A program made the position numbers and the translations under genes. From contig NC_058383.1 of the NCBI RefSeq assembly GCF_018350175.1, positions 26,104,001 to 26,168,000 of the forward strand: a stretch of 64,000 nucleotides of DNA, in the 5' to 3' direction. This DNA comes from Felis catus. Taxonomy: Eukaryota. A model generated the notes under the pieces. It searched no databases. It had not been told where the DNA came from and saw nothing but the letters and a program-made list of their open reading frames with translations. Position 1 is the first letter of the stretch. Every line of letters begins with the position of its first letter. This document shows positions 37,896-50,479 of this stretch, piece by piece.

Positions 37896-39113
37896 CTGCC
37901 ATTAGAATCCTTTGATGAGAAATCAGGAGCACAGAGAGGCTTAGCAACTGGCCTCAGACCACACAGCTATTGAGTGGCAGAGCCGCCTGTGGAACCCAGG
38001 CTGTCTGGCTCCACAGCCCATGCTCTCAGCCACCTCTCTCTGCAAATAGGACATTTTCACATGAAAAAGGATAACAACAGAATAAAACAGTCCTTCTGAG
38101 AAAGAAGGCTTTGCAACCTGACCCACTCAGAGGCACAGGTGAACCTAGGCGTTTACAATAAAAATTTAATGTGGCAATTGTCCTGTGCCCCACAGCTTGG
38201 AGGTGTGTGCAAAACAAGCTGAGGGGATGATTTTTTTCTCCCCTGTCACCCAAGTGGACACGATCAGCTCTAACAGCTGTGTTTTAGGCTTGTGAGCAGA
38301 CCATGGGAAGACTCTCGGCTTTTGTTGGGATTCAGCTCTTGAAGGGAGGGGATTAAAACTGAATCCTCCTGGGGGGAGGGGGATGGTCTGTGCTTTGTGG
38401 GAAGGCAAGGGAGTGGTTTAAGGCTGCAGTCCAAGTGGGGACTGAGAGTCAGGAAGGAAGCGATTTCCAGATGGGCCCTTGGTCCATCTCTGAGCCCCCT
38501 GGGAAGGGACAGGCCAGTGTGGAAGTGCATGGAGGCCTGACTGTAAACACGTAGGTCTTTAAAATAGCAGCTGAGCTCTCTTTAGCAAGGAGGGGTCCTT
38601 TGCTAAGAGCCCTTTCTTTGCTGACAGCCAAGAGCCTGGAAAACTCAAAACGGGCTGAGCCTCTCCTGACCTCAGAGGTGTTTGACCATTTCTGAATGAC
38701 CTTGCAATTTGCCTTAAGATTAGTTTTCATGACTCCAAATAAAGAAGTTTTGTATTTAAACATCCTGGGACAATTCATACCAGGAAGAGAGAGTCCCCCT
38801 CCCACACCCCATTATTTTTCCCACTTTCACAGAAAATTTCATCAGGAGCTGACTCAGAGTTTGGATCCCCTTTTATAATCCTAAATGAACAAACCCAATT
38901 TATGCAATCAGCTGGAATCGTTGAGCGCCTCCTGTGTGCTAGACAATTGAGACAAGGGGAATCTGTCAGTGACCACTGACACACCAGGATCCCTGCCCTT
39001 GTGGGACTTTCATTTTAGTGAGGGAGACACACAATACACATAAAACAGTCAAATGTGTATGTGTATTTGTTATGTTCGTGTTTTGAGAGAGAGAGTGTGA
39101 GCAGGGGAGGGGC

Positions 39114-39144
<31 letters not shown>

Positions 39145-39338
39145 CAGAATCTAAGGCAGGATCCAGGTTCTGAGCTGTCAGCACAGAGCCCAATGAGGAG
39201 CTCGAACTCACAAACTGTGAGGTCATGACCTGAGCCCAAGTCGGACCCTTAACCCACTGAGCCACCCACGTGCCCCCAGTCAAATGTATATTTTGTTAGA
39301 ATGTGATGACTGCCAGGAAAAAAAATCATACAGAGCAG

Positions 39339-39750
39339 CAATGAGGGAGCATGGGGCAAGCTGAGGGCAAAGTACAGGCTAGCAGCAACCCCCCTCCTCC
39401 AAGGTGAGGTATGTGTGATATTCCTGACACTCTTGGCTGCCCAAGGACAAGGGAAAGGAAAGAAAGCAGATGGTTGCCTCATAGAGATCACAGTCATACA
39501 GGAGTCTCCTTCAGACAACTCAGTAAACTGCAAGAAAAAAAGGCAAGCTTATCTATAGCTTAATCTCCAGAAACCTATAGACCCCATGTCCTGGAGCCCT
39601 AATATCACCTTCCTCAAGATGTAAGGGGGTTTAAGTGCTTGTCATGGTGATGCGGGAAACAAAGGCAAATGAAAAATTAAATTCCCTTACTGCCTTACTC
39701 TGCCATCTTTTTTTACCCCACTTACTCCACCATCACCCCAAAACCCCATG
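39339..39750 (+). mobile_element. Same-family long-form LTR with large internal deletion
   Basis: atgagggagcatggggcaagctga start mirrors 37895-37870. Internal tgatgcgggaaacaaaggc at 39648, then a jump to the terminal caaaaccccat. Confidence 0.75.
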
Positions 39751-39784
39751 AGTAGGTTACAGTGTTATAGACAGTTTGTGGAAT

Positions 39785-40676
39785 TTATGTGGTTTGAAGT
39801 GTTGGGGTTCAGAGCCTCTGGCTAAGAAAGAATTCTTGAGACATCTTTGGTGCAAAAAGGTGGTTTTATTTTATTTTATTTTATTTTTTTCAACATTTAT
39901 TTATTTTTGAGACAGAGAGAGACAGAGCATGAAGGGGGGAGGGGCAGAGAGAGAGGGAGACACAGAATCGGAAACAGGCTCCAGGCTCCGAGCCATCAGC
40001 CCAGAGCCCGACGCGGGGCTGGAACTCACGGACCGCGAGATCGTGACCTGGCTGAAGTCGGACGCTTAACCGACTGCGCCACCCAGGCGCCCCCGAAAAG
40101 GTGGTTTTATTGAAGACAGGGACAGGACCCATGGGCAGGAAAACCTGCACTGGGGTTGTGAGGAGTGACTGATGATCTACTTGGGAGTTGGGGGAGGTAA
40201 AGGCAACGGGAAGTTTCCAAAAGGACTTTTAGGGCACCTGGGCGGCTCTGTCGGTTAAGCATCTGACTCTTCACTTCGGCTCAGGCCACGATCTCGCGGT
40301 TCATGGGATTGAGCCGCACATCGGGCTCTGTGGTGACAGAAGAGAGCCTGCTTGGGATCCTCCCTCTCCTTCTCTCTCTGCCACTCCCCTGCTCTCTCAC
40401 TCTCCTCTCTCTCAAAATAAATAATCTTTAAAAAAATTTTTTTTAATTAAAAAAGAAGGACTTTCATATGCTAAAGAAGATTCACAGGATCCTGGAGTTC
40501 TTGCTATTGTCAAGTTAAGGTTGTTTTTCCCTCTAGTGAGGCATTAGCATTAAGGCAGGAGGTCCTGGAGGAGGAATGTCATACTCTGCCAGCCTGAAGT
40601 ATCTCTGAACAGAGCTGCAGGTTATAAGGAAATTTAATATTACCTATATTTCTTTCTACCTTTGTTTCCCACCTCA
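39785..40676 (-). mobile_element. Same-family short-form LTR interrupted by two SINEs
   Basis: aagaaagaattcttgagacatctttggtgcaaaaagg and tttgtttcccacctca match the other copies. SINEs at 39871-40095 and about 40232-40452. Confidence 0.8.
39871..40095 (-). mobile_element. Young felid CAN-SINE inside an LTR
   Basis: 16-bp TSD aaaaggtggttttatt at 39855-39870 and 40096-40111. Confidence 0.95.
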
Positions 40677-43600
40677 CCAGGAAAACCTACACGAAGAACA
40701 TGGGTGATGAGGCCAAGAACTTATTCTTGATTGAAGTCAAGGGTCAGAGGGGTGAGGATAGGGGAACAGAAGGGGGCAGTATTAAACACGTGGTCTGGAG
40801 GAAGACTGGTGAACAAGGGGCATGTGAATCTACTTAAATGAAGGAGAAGCAATGGAGGGAGCCTCTTGGCTCTCAACAGGTGTGCCCTGAACATGGTATA
40901 GCCCTACCTGCACAAATAATGTGGGAAACCAAACAATATACTGACCCAAGCCTAAGAGGAAAAAAGGATAAAACCAAAGTATTTGTAAGAGGATAATAGT
41001 CATGAAACAGTGGACGTCTACTAGAAGAAACATCTCAAAGGCTTCAGCTACAACAGCAGAGCGATACAGGGGTGTAGTAGTGATGACCCAACTACCCTGA
41101 GCAGCTTTGATTTTCTGAAATAGCGAATAACTTGACAGAATTAGAAGCTAGAAGACATGCACTCTCCTCAATGTATACAGTGGCTGTGTTCCTGAGAAAC
41201 TCAGTACAGGTTCAAATCATACAAAAACACTGGGTATTTATTTGTCAGATGGGGTTTGGTTTTGGCTCTGATCATTAGAATGGGTTTTCATCTGCTTGTG
41301 TGTCTGCTTGGATCTTGGGCACTTTGTGTCCCAGGAAACAGGATGTTTATTGTGTGGGATGGAACCCATCAGCTCATTGCTAGGGAGTAACCTGGCTTTC
41401 ACTTTTGAATTAAGTCAGTAGCATCCCCTGTCCATGGTAACTGCTAAGCTGCCTCCCCACATTCCCAAAGTGCCCCCTGGTAGGGTATCACCTTAGGTTA
41501 AGAACCACTCCTCTAATCTGTTGATTTTGCAAATGTGAAATCCGGGGACTCTATGGGTAAAATTGTTTATGAACACACAGCCAAACTAGCAGGCATACAT
41601 TATTATCTGTTGTAGCAATGATAAAAATTACATGTTCAGCATCTTTGTGCTTTTCTATTAAGAGCGTGACTCAGGGGCATCTGGGTGGCTCAGTCGGTTA
41701 AGCATCTGATTCAGCCCAGGTTATGATCTCGCGGTTCGTGAGTTTGAGCCTCACATTGGGCTCTGTGCTGACAACTCAGAGCCTGGACCCTGCTTCGGAT
41801 TCTGTGTCTTCCTCTCTCTCTGCCCTCCTCCACTCACTCTCTGTCTCTCTCTCCTCCAAAAAAAAAAAAAAAAAAAAAAGTTTGACCCAAGAGGAAGCAC
41901 AGGGATAAAGAATAGGTGTCCTATAATATGTTTAAAAATAATAACTTTCATTTATCGATTATGAGTGCAATTTTGTAGGGAAGCTGGTGAATACAGAAAG
42001 GCAATAAGAAAAAAAAAAGATGTCTACCATCATCACCTAGAAAAACTGCTAAAATCTTGGTGTGACTGTTTCTGTCTCCTTCTGAAGCCCAGTAGCATCT
42101 TGCCCACTACCCTCCCAACAAATTCCCATTATCCCTTAAGAGAATCACACTGCGTTATCGCTGCAGCCAAATAAAAACGAATCAGCCTACACCAAGTTAA
42201 AAAATGAGTTAAAAAAACCAACCAAATGAGTAAAAAAGGCAAACAAACCAACAACAAACTCAAATTATCCACGAAAATTTAAAGTTGCAAAGACAGGGGC
42301 ACTTGGGTGACTTAGTTGGTTAAGCGTCTGTCCGACTCTGCACTTCGACTCAGGTCATGATCTCACTTCATGAGATGGAGCCCCGTTAACAGGCTCTACA
42401 TTGACAGTGCAGAGCCTGCTTGGTCTCTCTCTCCCTCTCTCCCTGCCCCTCCCCTGCGTGCTTTCTCAAAATAGATTTTGAAAAATGCAAATTAGCAAAG
42501 ACCTTGGCTAATTCTTTTTTCGTAAATTAACTGAAACAATATGCTTTATTTGCATGCACCTATTGGTGTGTAAAATTCTCTGTCCTTTGTCCAATTTTGC
42601 AAACCTATAGTTATAAGTCTATAACACAGCCAAGCTACTGTATAAACATGTATTTAGAGATTTACAGTTTACAGAGCATTTCTGTTGTAGGCAACATGTG
42701 GAATGACAATTGGTGGGGGCAGGAGGATGAAGTTTCCAAGGCAGTCAATGCACAGGGAATCCGGTTTGTACCAGGACAACCTACATGAAGAACTTGGGTG
42801 ATACGGCCAGAAATTTACTCTTGATTTAAGTCAAGTACATCAGTTTCAGTGTAAGTATATCAGACGCTCCCTCCCAGGACTTGGGAATTATGACTCAGAT
42901 CTCTACTCAGTCCTCACAGAGGTTATGTAAACTTGGAGCTGAGACACTACCATCTTTTGCCATGGGAAGAGAGAAATGGACAAAATCAGGGGCAAGCGTG
43001 ATATGCAGGTTCTAAGCATAAAGAAACAGCAAATGTGAATTCCGCAGGCAAGAACATGCTAGATGCATCCAAGGAGCAGAAAAGAGGCCAGACACAGTGG
43101 CGATGGTAGGAGATGGGGTTGGAAGGGTCCTGCAAAAGCCTGGTCCACACACAATAAGCAGGGTGCAGATGTATTCTAAGTGGCAAGAGGAAACTATTGG
43201 AGGAGGGTTGTTTAAGCAGGAAAATGACAAGATCCAACTTTCTTTTTGGAAATTGGCTTTGACTGCTGTGTAGACAACGTTTGGATAAGTCAGGGAGACA
43301 GTCAGGAGGCAGTCCCTGCCTTGGGGGAGGCAGTGGTGCTCTGAGTGGTGACCCAGAGGAGGATGGTGGGAAGGAGGAAACAGGAGTGATTCCACTGTGC
43401 CTCTCTCTTAAGGAAAACATGGCTCTTTTCTCTATCAATGGGGTTTAGAGACTCCCATTGTCTTAGTATTGATGAAAGTTAAGTGAGGTAATGTATGACA
43501 AAAGGTTGATGCAAAGTAATTTTTCAGTAAGCAGTAATTATTATTATTATTCCCCTAATAATAAAAGAGAATCCTCACCAAGCCTCCTACATTGTCTTGT

Positions 43601-43939
43601 AGAAAATAGACAAAACAAAGCGCTAAACTGAGAAAGAAGATGGGGTGCTGTGGCAAGACGTGTGCCTCCCCTTGAAAATGAAAGCAATGTTCTGTTCTGT
43701 TTTCTGTCCTACTTGCCATCCTTCTGTCTGAGTTTGCCCAGCTGACAGCCTTCTTCCTCTTCTACTTCAAACAGGAGATTTCTGTGACTTTTTCCTGAAG
43801 AACTACCCCATTTCTATTCCTGTAAAATTAGCCCTTGGACACATGGGTGGCTCATTCTGTTAGCTGACTGACTCTTGATTTCGACTCAGGTTATGATCTC
43901 ACACAGGGCTCTGCACTGTCAGCATGGAGCCTGCTTGGG

Positions 43940-43983
<44 letters not shown>

Positions 43984-45429
43984 TCTTTCTGCATCTCCCT
44001 GCTCTCTCTCTCTCTCAAAATAAATAAAATTTAAAAAAAATTAGTTCTTTCCTGGGAGAAAGGAGTCTTCTTCAGCAAGGTGGGCCCATTCCCTTGCTTT
44101 GGAGAGGATCTCAGGCCCCGCCTAGTCCAGGATGCAAACCCAAGCCAGGGCTAGGTGCCAGGTGAGACCAGCAGGAAGGAGCTTTGCACCGGGAGTTCTG
44201 AGCCTCTTCTCCAAGGTCATCACGCACCTCTACCCCATTGGGTTCCAGCCACGCCCTTCCAGGCCAGGACAGGGGACTGGGAGGTAACTAACCTCTAGCA
44301 AGGAAGGGAAGAGGGAGGCACTGTGTCATGATAGAAAATGCCACCATTTGTCAATATTTCTCTGCCTCAGACTTTTACTTTTTAAAAATACAAACGTGCA
44401 TATAGGTAATATGTCTATGCAGTACAAAAAAAGAACACTTGCTAAATACCCCCACCCTACAACCTTGTTTGGAGATAAACTATGCATTTACAAACATATA
44501 CTCTTTTTTTTTTAAATAATGTTTATTTATTTTGAGAGAGAGAGAGAGCGAGAGAGCAAGCAGGGGTGGGGTAGAGAAGGAGGGAGACAGAGAATCCCAA
44601 GCAGGTTCCAACAGCTGTCAGCACAGAGCCTGACTCAGTGCTTGAACTCACAAACCGTGAGATCATGACCTGAGTTGAAACCAAGAGTCGGTCACTTAAT
44701 GGACTGAGCCACTCAGGCGGTGCAAGCATGTACTTTCTTTACCTAAATGGTAGCTTATCTAATACACTTCTTTTGTTCTTTGCTTTTGTCACTTAATTAT
44801 ATACTTCTACTTGCAGAACTTTCTGTATGTCTACATGTAGAGTTCTATAATAGCTGGACACTTGTGTCAAAATGTATTTAACCAGCCTCCTACATATGGA
44901 GATTTAGGCTACTTCTGGTCTTTTGTTTTTATAAACAACACTGCAAAGAATATCCTTGCACAAATGTCACTGTGTTGCAGAACTTTACATTTTTATATAG
45001 TTAGATTTATGCTTCTTTGGCTTCTGGGTTTTGGTCAAGCTCAATAAGGCCTATCCCCTTGATGATACTTTAAAAAAAAAAAACCCTTCTCTAAAAAAAT
45101 TTTTTTGAGTACGTCCATGGTTTTACTTTCTCACTTATATCTTTGGATTTTCTTTTGTGGAGGTGTGATATTCGCATCCAGATTAGGATTCCTCCCGCAT
45201 CAGCAGATGCTCTCCCAGGCATTTCAGACAAGAGTATTGTCACTACAGCTCAGGACCTACTAATATATCTTCATTTTACATGTGAAAAACAGAAGCCCAG
45301 AGAGGTGGAGGCATGTGGCCCAGCTCACTCAGGGAATAATTGGAAACTGGGTTCCAACGGGAAACCCAGAGACCCCACCCTTAACTACAATAAAAATAGC
45401 CTTTATTTTGAGCCAAGCAATTACTTAAA

Positions 45430-46590
45430 AAAATAAATACATTTTCTATTTTGGAACAGTTTTAAAGTAACAGAAAATAGTCCAGAGAGTACAGAGTTTC
45501 CATACAGAGAACAGTAGGGAGAGAATAGTACAAAGAGTTTCTCTACCCCCCCCCCCAACTCCTTTGAATGATACGTTTCTCACAGTAGATGAACCAATAC
45601 TGACACATTGTTATTATTTAAAGTCCATACTTTATTCAGATTTGCTTAGATGCTTCTCCCCACCCCCTCCAGTTCCACATCCTGTATCCTCCTCATCCGA
45701 CTACACTTGAACTTGGTAGTCATGTCTCTTTAGGTTCCTCTTAGCTGTTGACAGTTTCTCAGACTCCCCCTGTTTTGGATGAACTTGACAATTGGGGGAG
45801 TACTTATCAGGTATCCTGTAAAACGTCCCACGTTTGCGGTTTGTCTGTTTTTATTTCTTTTAATTAATTTTTTTCTAACGTGTATTTTGAGAGAGAGCAC
45901 ATGCGTGAGGAGGAGAAGGGCAGAGAGAGGGAGACAAGAGGATGGAATCAGCTCCACGCTGAAAGCAGAGAGCCTGATGAAGGGTTCAAACTCATGAAAC
46001 CTTGAGATATGACCTGGGCTGGAGTTGGTCTCTTAACTGACTGAGCCACCCAGGCACTTCTGTTCTTTGTTTCTTTTTTTTAGGGAGAGAGAATGAGGGA
46101 GAGGGGCATAGGGAGAGAATCTTAAGCAGGCTCCACCACACTCAGCTTGAGGCCCCATGTGGGGGCTCAATCCCGAGACTCTGGGATCATGACCTGATCC
46201 AAAAAACCAAGAGTCTGAAGCTCCCAGGCACTGCTGTCTGATGTTTTCTTATGATTGATTAGGCTATAGTTACAGGTTTTGGGGAGAAAGACCCCACAGT
46301 TAGCGTGATTCTCATCACATCATACCAAGAGTGTATGCCATCAATGTGAACTTATCACCGTGGGGGGTTGATTTTGAATAACTGCCTGACAAAGTGTTTC
46401 CCAAGTATTATCCAGCTTAAGTTACTTGCCCTCCCACCCATAATGCACTCTTTAGAAGGAAATCACAGTGTGTAGGCCACATTTAGGGTGGAGAATTAGG
46501 CTCCACCTCCTCGAAGTATCTAAATTATTTGGAATTCTGCACAGGAGTTTTATCTACACTTCCTCATTTATTTCACTTGGCAATTACTTA
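45430..46590 (-). mobile_element. Old LINE-1 (L1MC-like) 3' fragment with two SINEs
   Basis: gatgaaccaatactgacacattgttattatttaaagtccatactttattcagatt motif. Confidence 0.72.
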
Positions 46591-47143
46591 TATACAAATG
46601 CATATAGAATTACATTTAGTTAATCGTTCTACATTTATTTACATTTGGCAATTACTTTTAATTGCGTTTTAAACCGTACATGGATAGATGTAGAGCGATG
46701 AAACATGGATATGCCGCGAAATTTGTAACACACACTCATATGGTGAGATCCTCCCTTGCACCTTACTCAGCCAGCTCCCCAATCGCATTTACAAACGGTA
46801 CAGGTATCTTTTTTTCCCCCTTTTTGTACCCAAATGGTAACTTACTAGATACACTTGTTCAGAGTCTCGGTTGTTTTTATTAATCAACCTTTTTAAGTTT
46901 AGTAAGACGTCGGGAAGCCTCCCCTTGTCTCGGCCGCTGGGTGGAGCCTTCCGGGGCCGGGGGCGCCGCAGCCGCGTCTCCGATCCCGGCTCCCGCCGCC
47001 GGCGACCGGCACTTCTACCGGCTCCCGGGCCCCCGAGGGGTCGGGCGGGCGGCGCACGTGCAAAGGGCCTCCTCCGCGCCCCGCCCCCCGCCCCGGCCTC
47101 TGTGACGTCCGCGCCGGAACCTGGAATTTCGGCTCCGGGAGCT

Positions 47144-47167
47144 GGCGGCGGCGGCGGCGGCGGCGGC
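47144..47167 (+). repeat. (GGC)8 in the TMC7 5'UTR region
   Basis: Pure GGC x8 ending 44 nt before the ATG. Confidence 0.95.
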
Positions 47168-47211
47168 CAGAGCGGGTCCCCGACGGCCTCTCCGGGGCGC
47201 AGGGCGCAGCC

Positions 47212-47278
47212 ATGAGCGAGTCCAGTGCCAGTGCGCTCCCGCCAGGCAGGCCCGGCAGGCAGCCCTTCAGCCACCCAG
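47212..47278 (+). CDS. TMC7: TMC7 exon 1, coding part (67 bp)
   Basis: gcagccATGAGCGAG encodes MSESSASALPPGRPGRQPFSHP, matching the recalled TMC7 N-terminus. Donor CAG|gtaggg at 47278/47279 (phase 1). Lies inside a CpG island. Confidence 0.94.
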
Positions 47279-47904
47279 GTAGGGCGACGGGGACCGCGCT
47301 CCCGGCGGCCCGCGGGCGAGCTGCCGGGAGCTGGGCGGGGGCCCAGCCCCTCGCCACCTGCCCGCGCCGGGTGCTCCTGGCTTTGGGGGAAAGCAGATCT
47401 CTCATACTCCTGGTGTCCTTCCTGCAGGCCATCCTCATCCAATTCAGAGGCCGCATGCCCTCCCCAAAGGAGCACCGGGATGGGAGCCCTGACCGTGTGG
47501 TGCCTTCCCGTCACTGCTCTAGGGATCCCTAATCTGTTAACTGAAAAGAGTGTGAGCGCCTCGCCAGCCCTCACATTGTGGCACGAGATGTCTGCCTCCC
47601 GTAACATTTCAGGCTTTACAGTTAGACAGACTTGGAGCTGAATTCTGCTTTGGCTGTTTATTGCTGTGTGATGTTTGGTAGATGGCCTGCCTTCTCTGAG
47701 CCTCAGATTCTTCAGCCGTAAAATGGGACTAGGATGTTGGTGGGATTAGTTGAGAGAAAAATATGTGAAGTGCCAGGCACAGTGCCTGGTACACAGAAAA
47801 GCATAATAAATGGTAGCCAGCCAAGTGTTACAGTCTTTTTCCTTTAAAAAAAAAAAAGTTTATTTATTTACTTATTTATTTTTTTAGTGCAGGAGCAGAG
47901 GAGG

Positions 47905-47942
<38 letters not shown>

Positions 47943-49274
47943 CCTAAGCAGGCTCTACACCCAGTGCAGAGCCCCACACAGGGCTTGTTCCCACAACCGT
48001 GAGATCATGACCTGAGTCAGACGCTTAACTGACTTAGGCACCCCTCTTTTTCATTTTTTATCGAGTAAAACTTACAGTGAAGTGTAAGCATAGTGAATTT
48101 TTACATAACTATGTACAACTGCTACCCATTCAAGATAAAAAGTTGCCAGCACCCGGGCGGGCTTCCCAATTGTGTTTGCATCTTACATGTGCCCTGAACC
48201 TGCTGTGAGTTTTACAAGCAGCGTTTCCTCTATTTCAATTTGAGAATAGAAGTTTTGTCACAAGAATTTACAGTAAGTAAACCGTGAGTGTAGATTGGGG
48301 CATTGGGCCCTTCTGATTGGATTGTTCTCTGCATCTTGAAGAAGAGGAAGGAAGATATCTATAGAGAGACCCAAACCCTGGGAACTTGCTCAGGAATCAG
48401 AAAACAGAAGTCAGATTCATTTGGGTGCTAATTATTTTTTAGCTCATTGTTAATAGTGTTGGCATCAGTTCAACTTCAGACATTCAATCAGAGCCATTCA
48501 AGTGTTTTTTCTAGTTGGTTTCCATTTACCTTGCTCTTAGTTTGGCACAATCCATCACATTTAAGATGCCAGCCGTGGTTTCCCAGACAGAGGGCATGAG
48601 ATTCATCTATTTTCGATCTCTGCTGGGTGTTTGAGGAGACTTTGTAAGCCTCTTTTTATGAGTGTCATAACTGGCTTCTCTGACTAAAAGGTCTTCCCTG
48701 TCCTTAGGACAAATGATGTTTTATCACCTTGTATCCACCAGCCTGACTGGGAGGCTCAGAAGGGATTGTGTTTGTAACTCTGTTGTACTTTGTAAATGGT
48801 GGCCTGTTCTATGGGCATCACGAAAGCACAGTTGGAGTGGCAGGAGACAAAGGGGATCTGGTTTACAGATTGGGGAATATGCATCTTTCTAAATGATGAA
48901 AATTCCTCCAATATATTGTTGCTGCCTCGGGGCCTTTGCACCAGCTGTTCTCTTTGCCTGAACTACATTTCTCTTTGATCTTCCTATGGCAGCCTCTTCC
49001 TCCTCCTGTCAGATCTCTGCTCAGATGTCACCTCAGAGAGGCAGATCTCTGGAGACTTTGTCTGAAGAAGTGCTCCCATCTCTCCTCCCCTGATTGGTTC
49101 CCTTGTTTATTCCTTCAAAGCACTTACCACCTTCTGAAGTCATCTGGTTTGATTGTTTTCTTGTCTATTAGATGTCTCTTCTACAATGTGTGTGCCATGA
49201 AAAGCAAGTGCTTTGTCTTTTTCTGCCAATACCCAGAACAGTGTCTGGTACGTAGATGCTAAATATGTGTTCAA

Positions 49275-49305
49275 AGAATGAATGAATGAATGAATGAATG
49301 AATGA
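49275..49305. repeat. (GAAT)n at an L2 3' tail
   Basis: Direct reading. Confidence 0.9.
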
Positions 49306-49539
49306 AGTGTACCCGAAGCCACACTGACAGCTATAGCGTAGTGGCTGAGAATCTAGACTCTGGATTCCCAGATGTAAATCCTCATTTTCCATGTACTGCT
49401 TTTGTCTTCAGGCAAGGCACTGAAGTGTTTGGTGCCTCAGTTTCCTTATGTATTAAATGGAGGTAGTGACAGTACCTACTTCGGGGGTCAGTATAAGGAT
49501 TAAGAAAGTTAATTTACATTAAAAACTTCGTAAGGACTT

Positions 49540-50055
49540 GTATTAGTTATCTATACTGTTGACAAATTATCCCCAAACCTAGAGGCTTAGAACAGTAATA
49601 ATCTCTTCTTATCTCACACTTTCTGCAAGTCAGGAATTTGGGGATGACCTATCTATGTGGTTCTGGCTCAGGGTCTCTTATGAAGTTGCAATCATGGTAT
49701 CAGCCAGGGATGCAAATCTTAGGAAAGCTTGCCTGTGGCTAGGGGTTCCCTTCCAAAGATGGCTTGCTCAGATGGCGAACCGACACTGGCTGTTGGCCGG
49801 AAGCCTCTCCATATGGACCTCCCAGAAGGCTGCTTGAGTGCCCTGTTGACATGGCAGATGGTCCAGGAGAGGGCAAAGAAGTCCTAATGTCTTGGATCAT
49901 CCGCTCTTGGAGATCACACCTGTTATTTCTGCAGTATCTTATTGGTCACATGGGGCAGCCCTGTTCCGTGTAGAAAGGACCTATGTAAGGATGTGAATAT
50001 CGGTATTTGGGGGAGACAGTCACCGGCAGCCACCTTGGAGACTTTTGTGGCTGTC
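49540..50055. mobile_element. MLT1-like MaLR solo LTR
   Basis: tgtattagttatcta, caaattatccccaaac, caggaatttggg, ttccaaagatggct...gtcaca. Confidence 0.72.
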
Positions 50056-50479
50056 ACAGGACCATGTAAGTATTAACTGTTGTTATTAATGTCTCTGTTC
50101 CCTACTAGATGATAAGCCCCAGGAGGGCAAGGGCTGGGCTCACCGTCATGTCCCCATGCTTAGTATAGTGCTTAGTACATAGTACACCTTCAGGAAATAG
50201 TTGAGTGCACACCTTTCATGATTTGGTACTGTGATGCTTCTAGAGCCTGCAAAGCCCCTTCTGTTCCCTCTGCCATGGGTGCCATTCATTACCTTATTCC
50301 TTTGTAAGGCATACTCCTCTTCTTTCAGTCTGGTGTCACTTCCTCCTAGAAGCCTTCCCTGACTGCCTCCCCTTTCATAGGCTAGACTCTGTCCCTGCTT
50401 CATGCCCACATGGCCCATTGGCCTCATCCTGTCCAAGTATCCATTGGACTGTATTCTCACTTCTCTTGAGTTTTATCAG

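Larger units (their letters stand above)
46900..47520 (+). promoter_or_regulatory. TMC7: CpG island / TMC7 promoter and 5'UTR
   Basis: Very GC- and CpG-rich. CACGTG E-box 47055-47060, GC boxes 47074-47096, TGACGTC CRE-like site 47103-47109, CCGGAA ETS site near 47114; directly upstream of the TMC7 ATG. Confidence 0.9.

Noticed and set aside
33373..40676. Intact provirus between LTRs
   Set aside because: No gag/pol/env ORFs or primer-binding site seen; LTR orientations and TSDs indicate solo LTRs.
46789..47607. 272-aa minus-strand ORF and other overlapping ORFs
   Set aside because: Stop-poor GC-rich CpG island antisense to TMC7 exon 1; Pro/Arg/Gly-biased with no recognisable domain.
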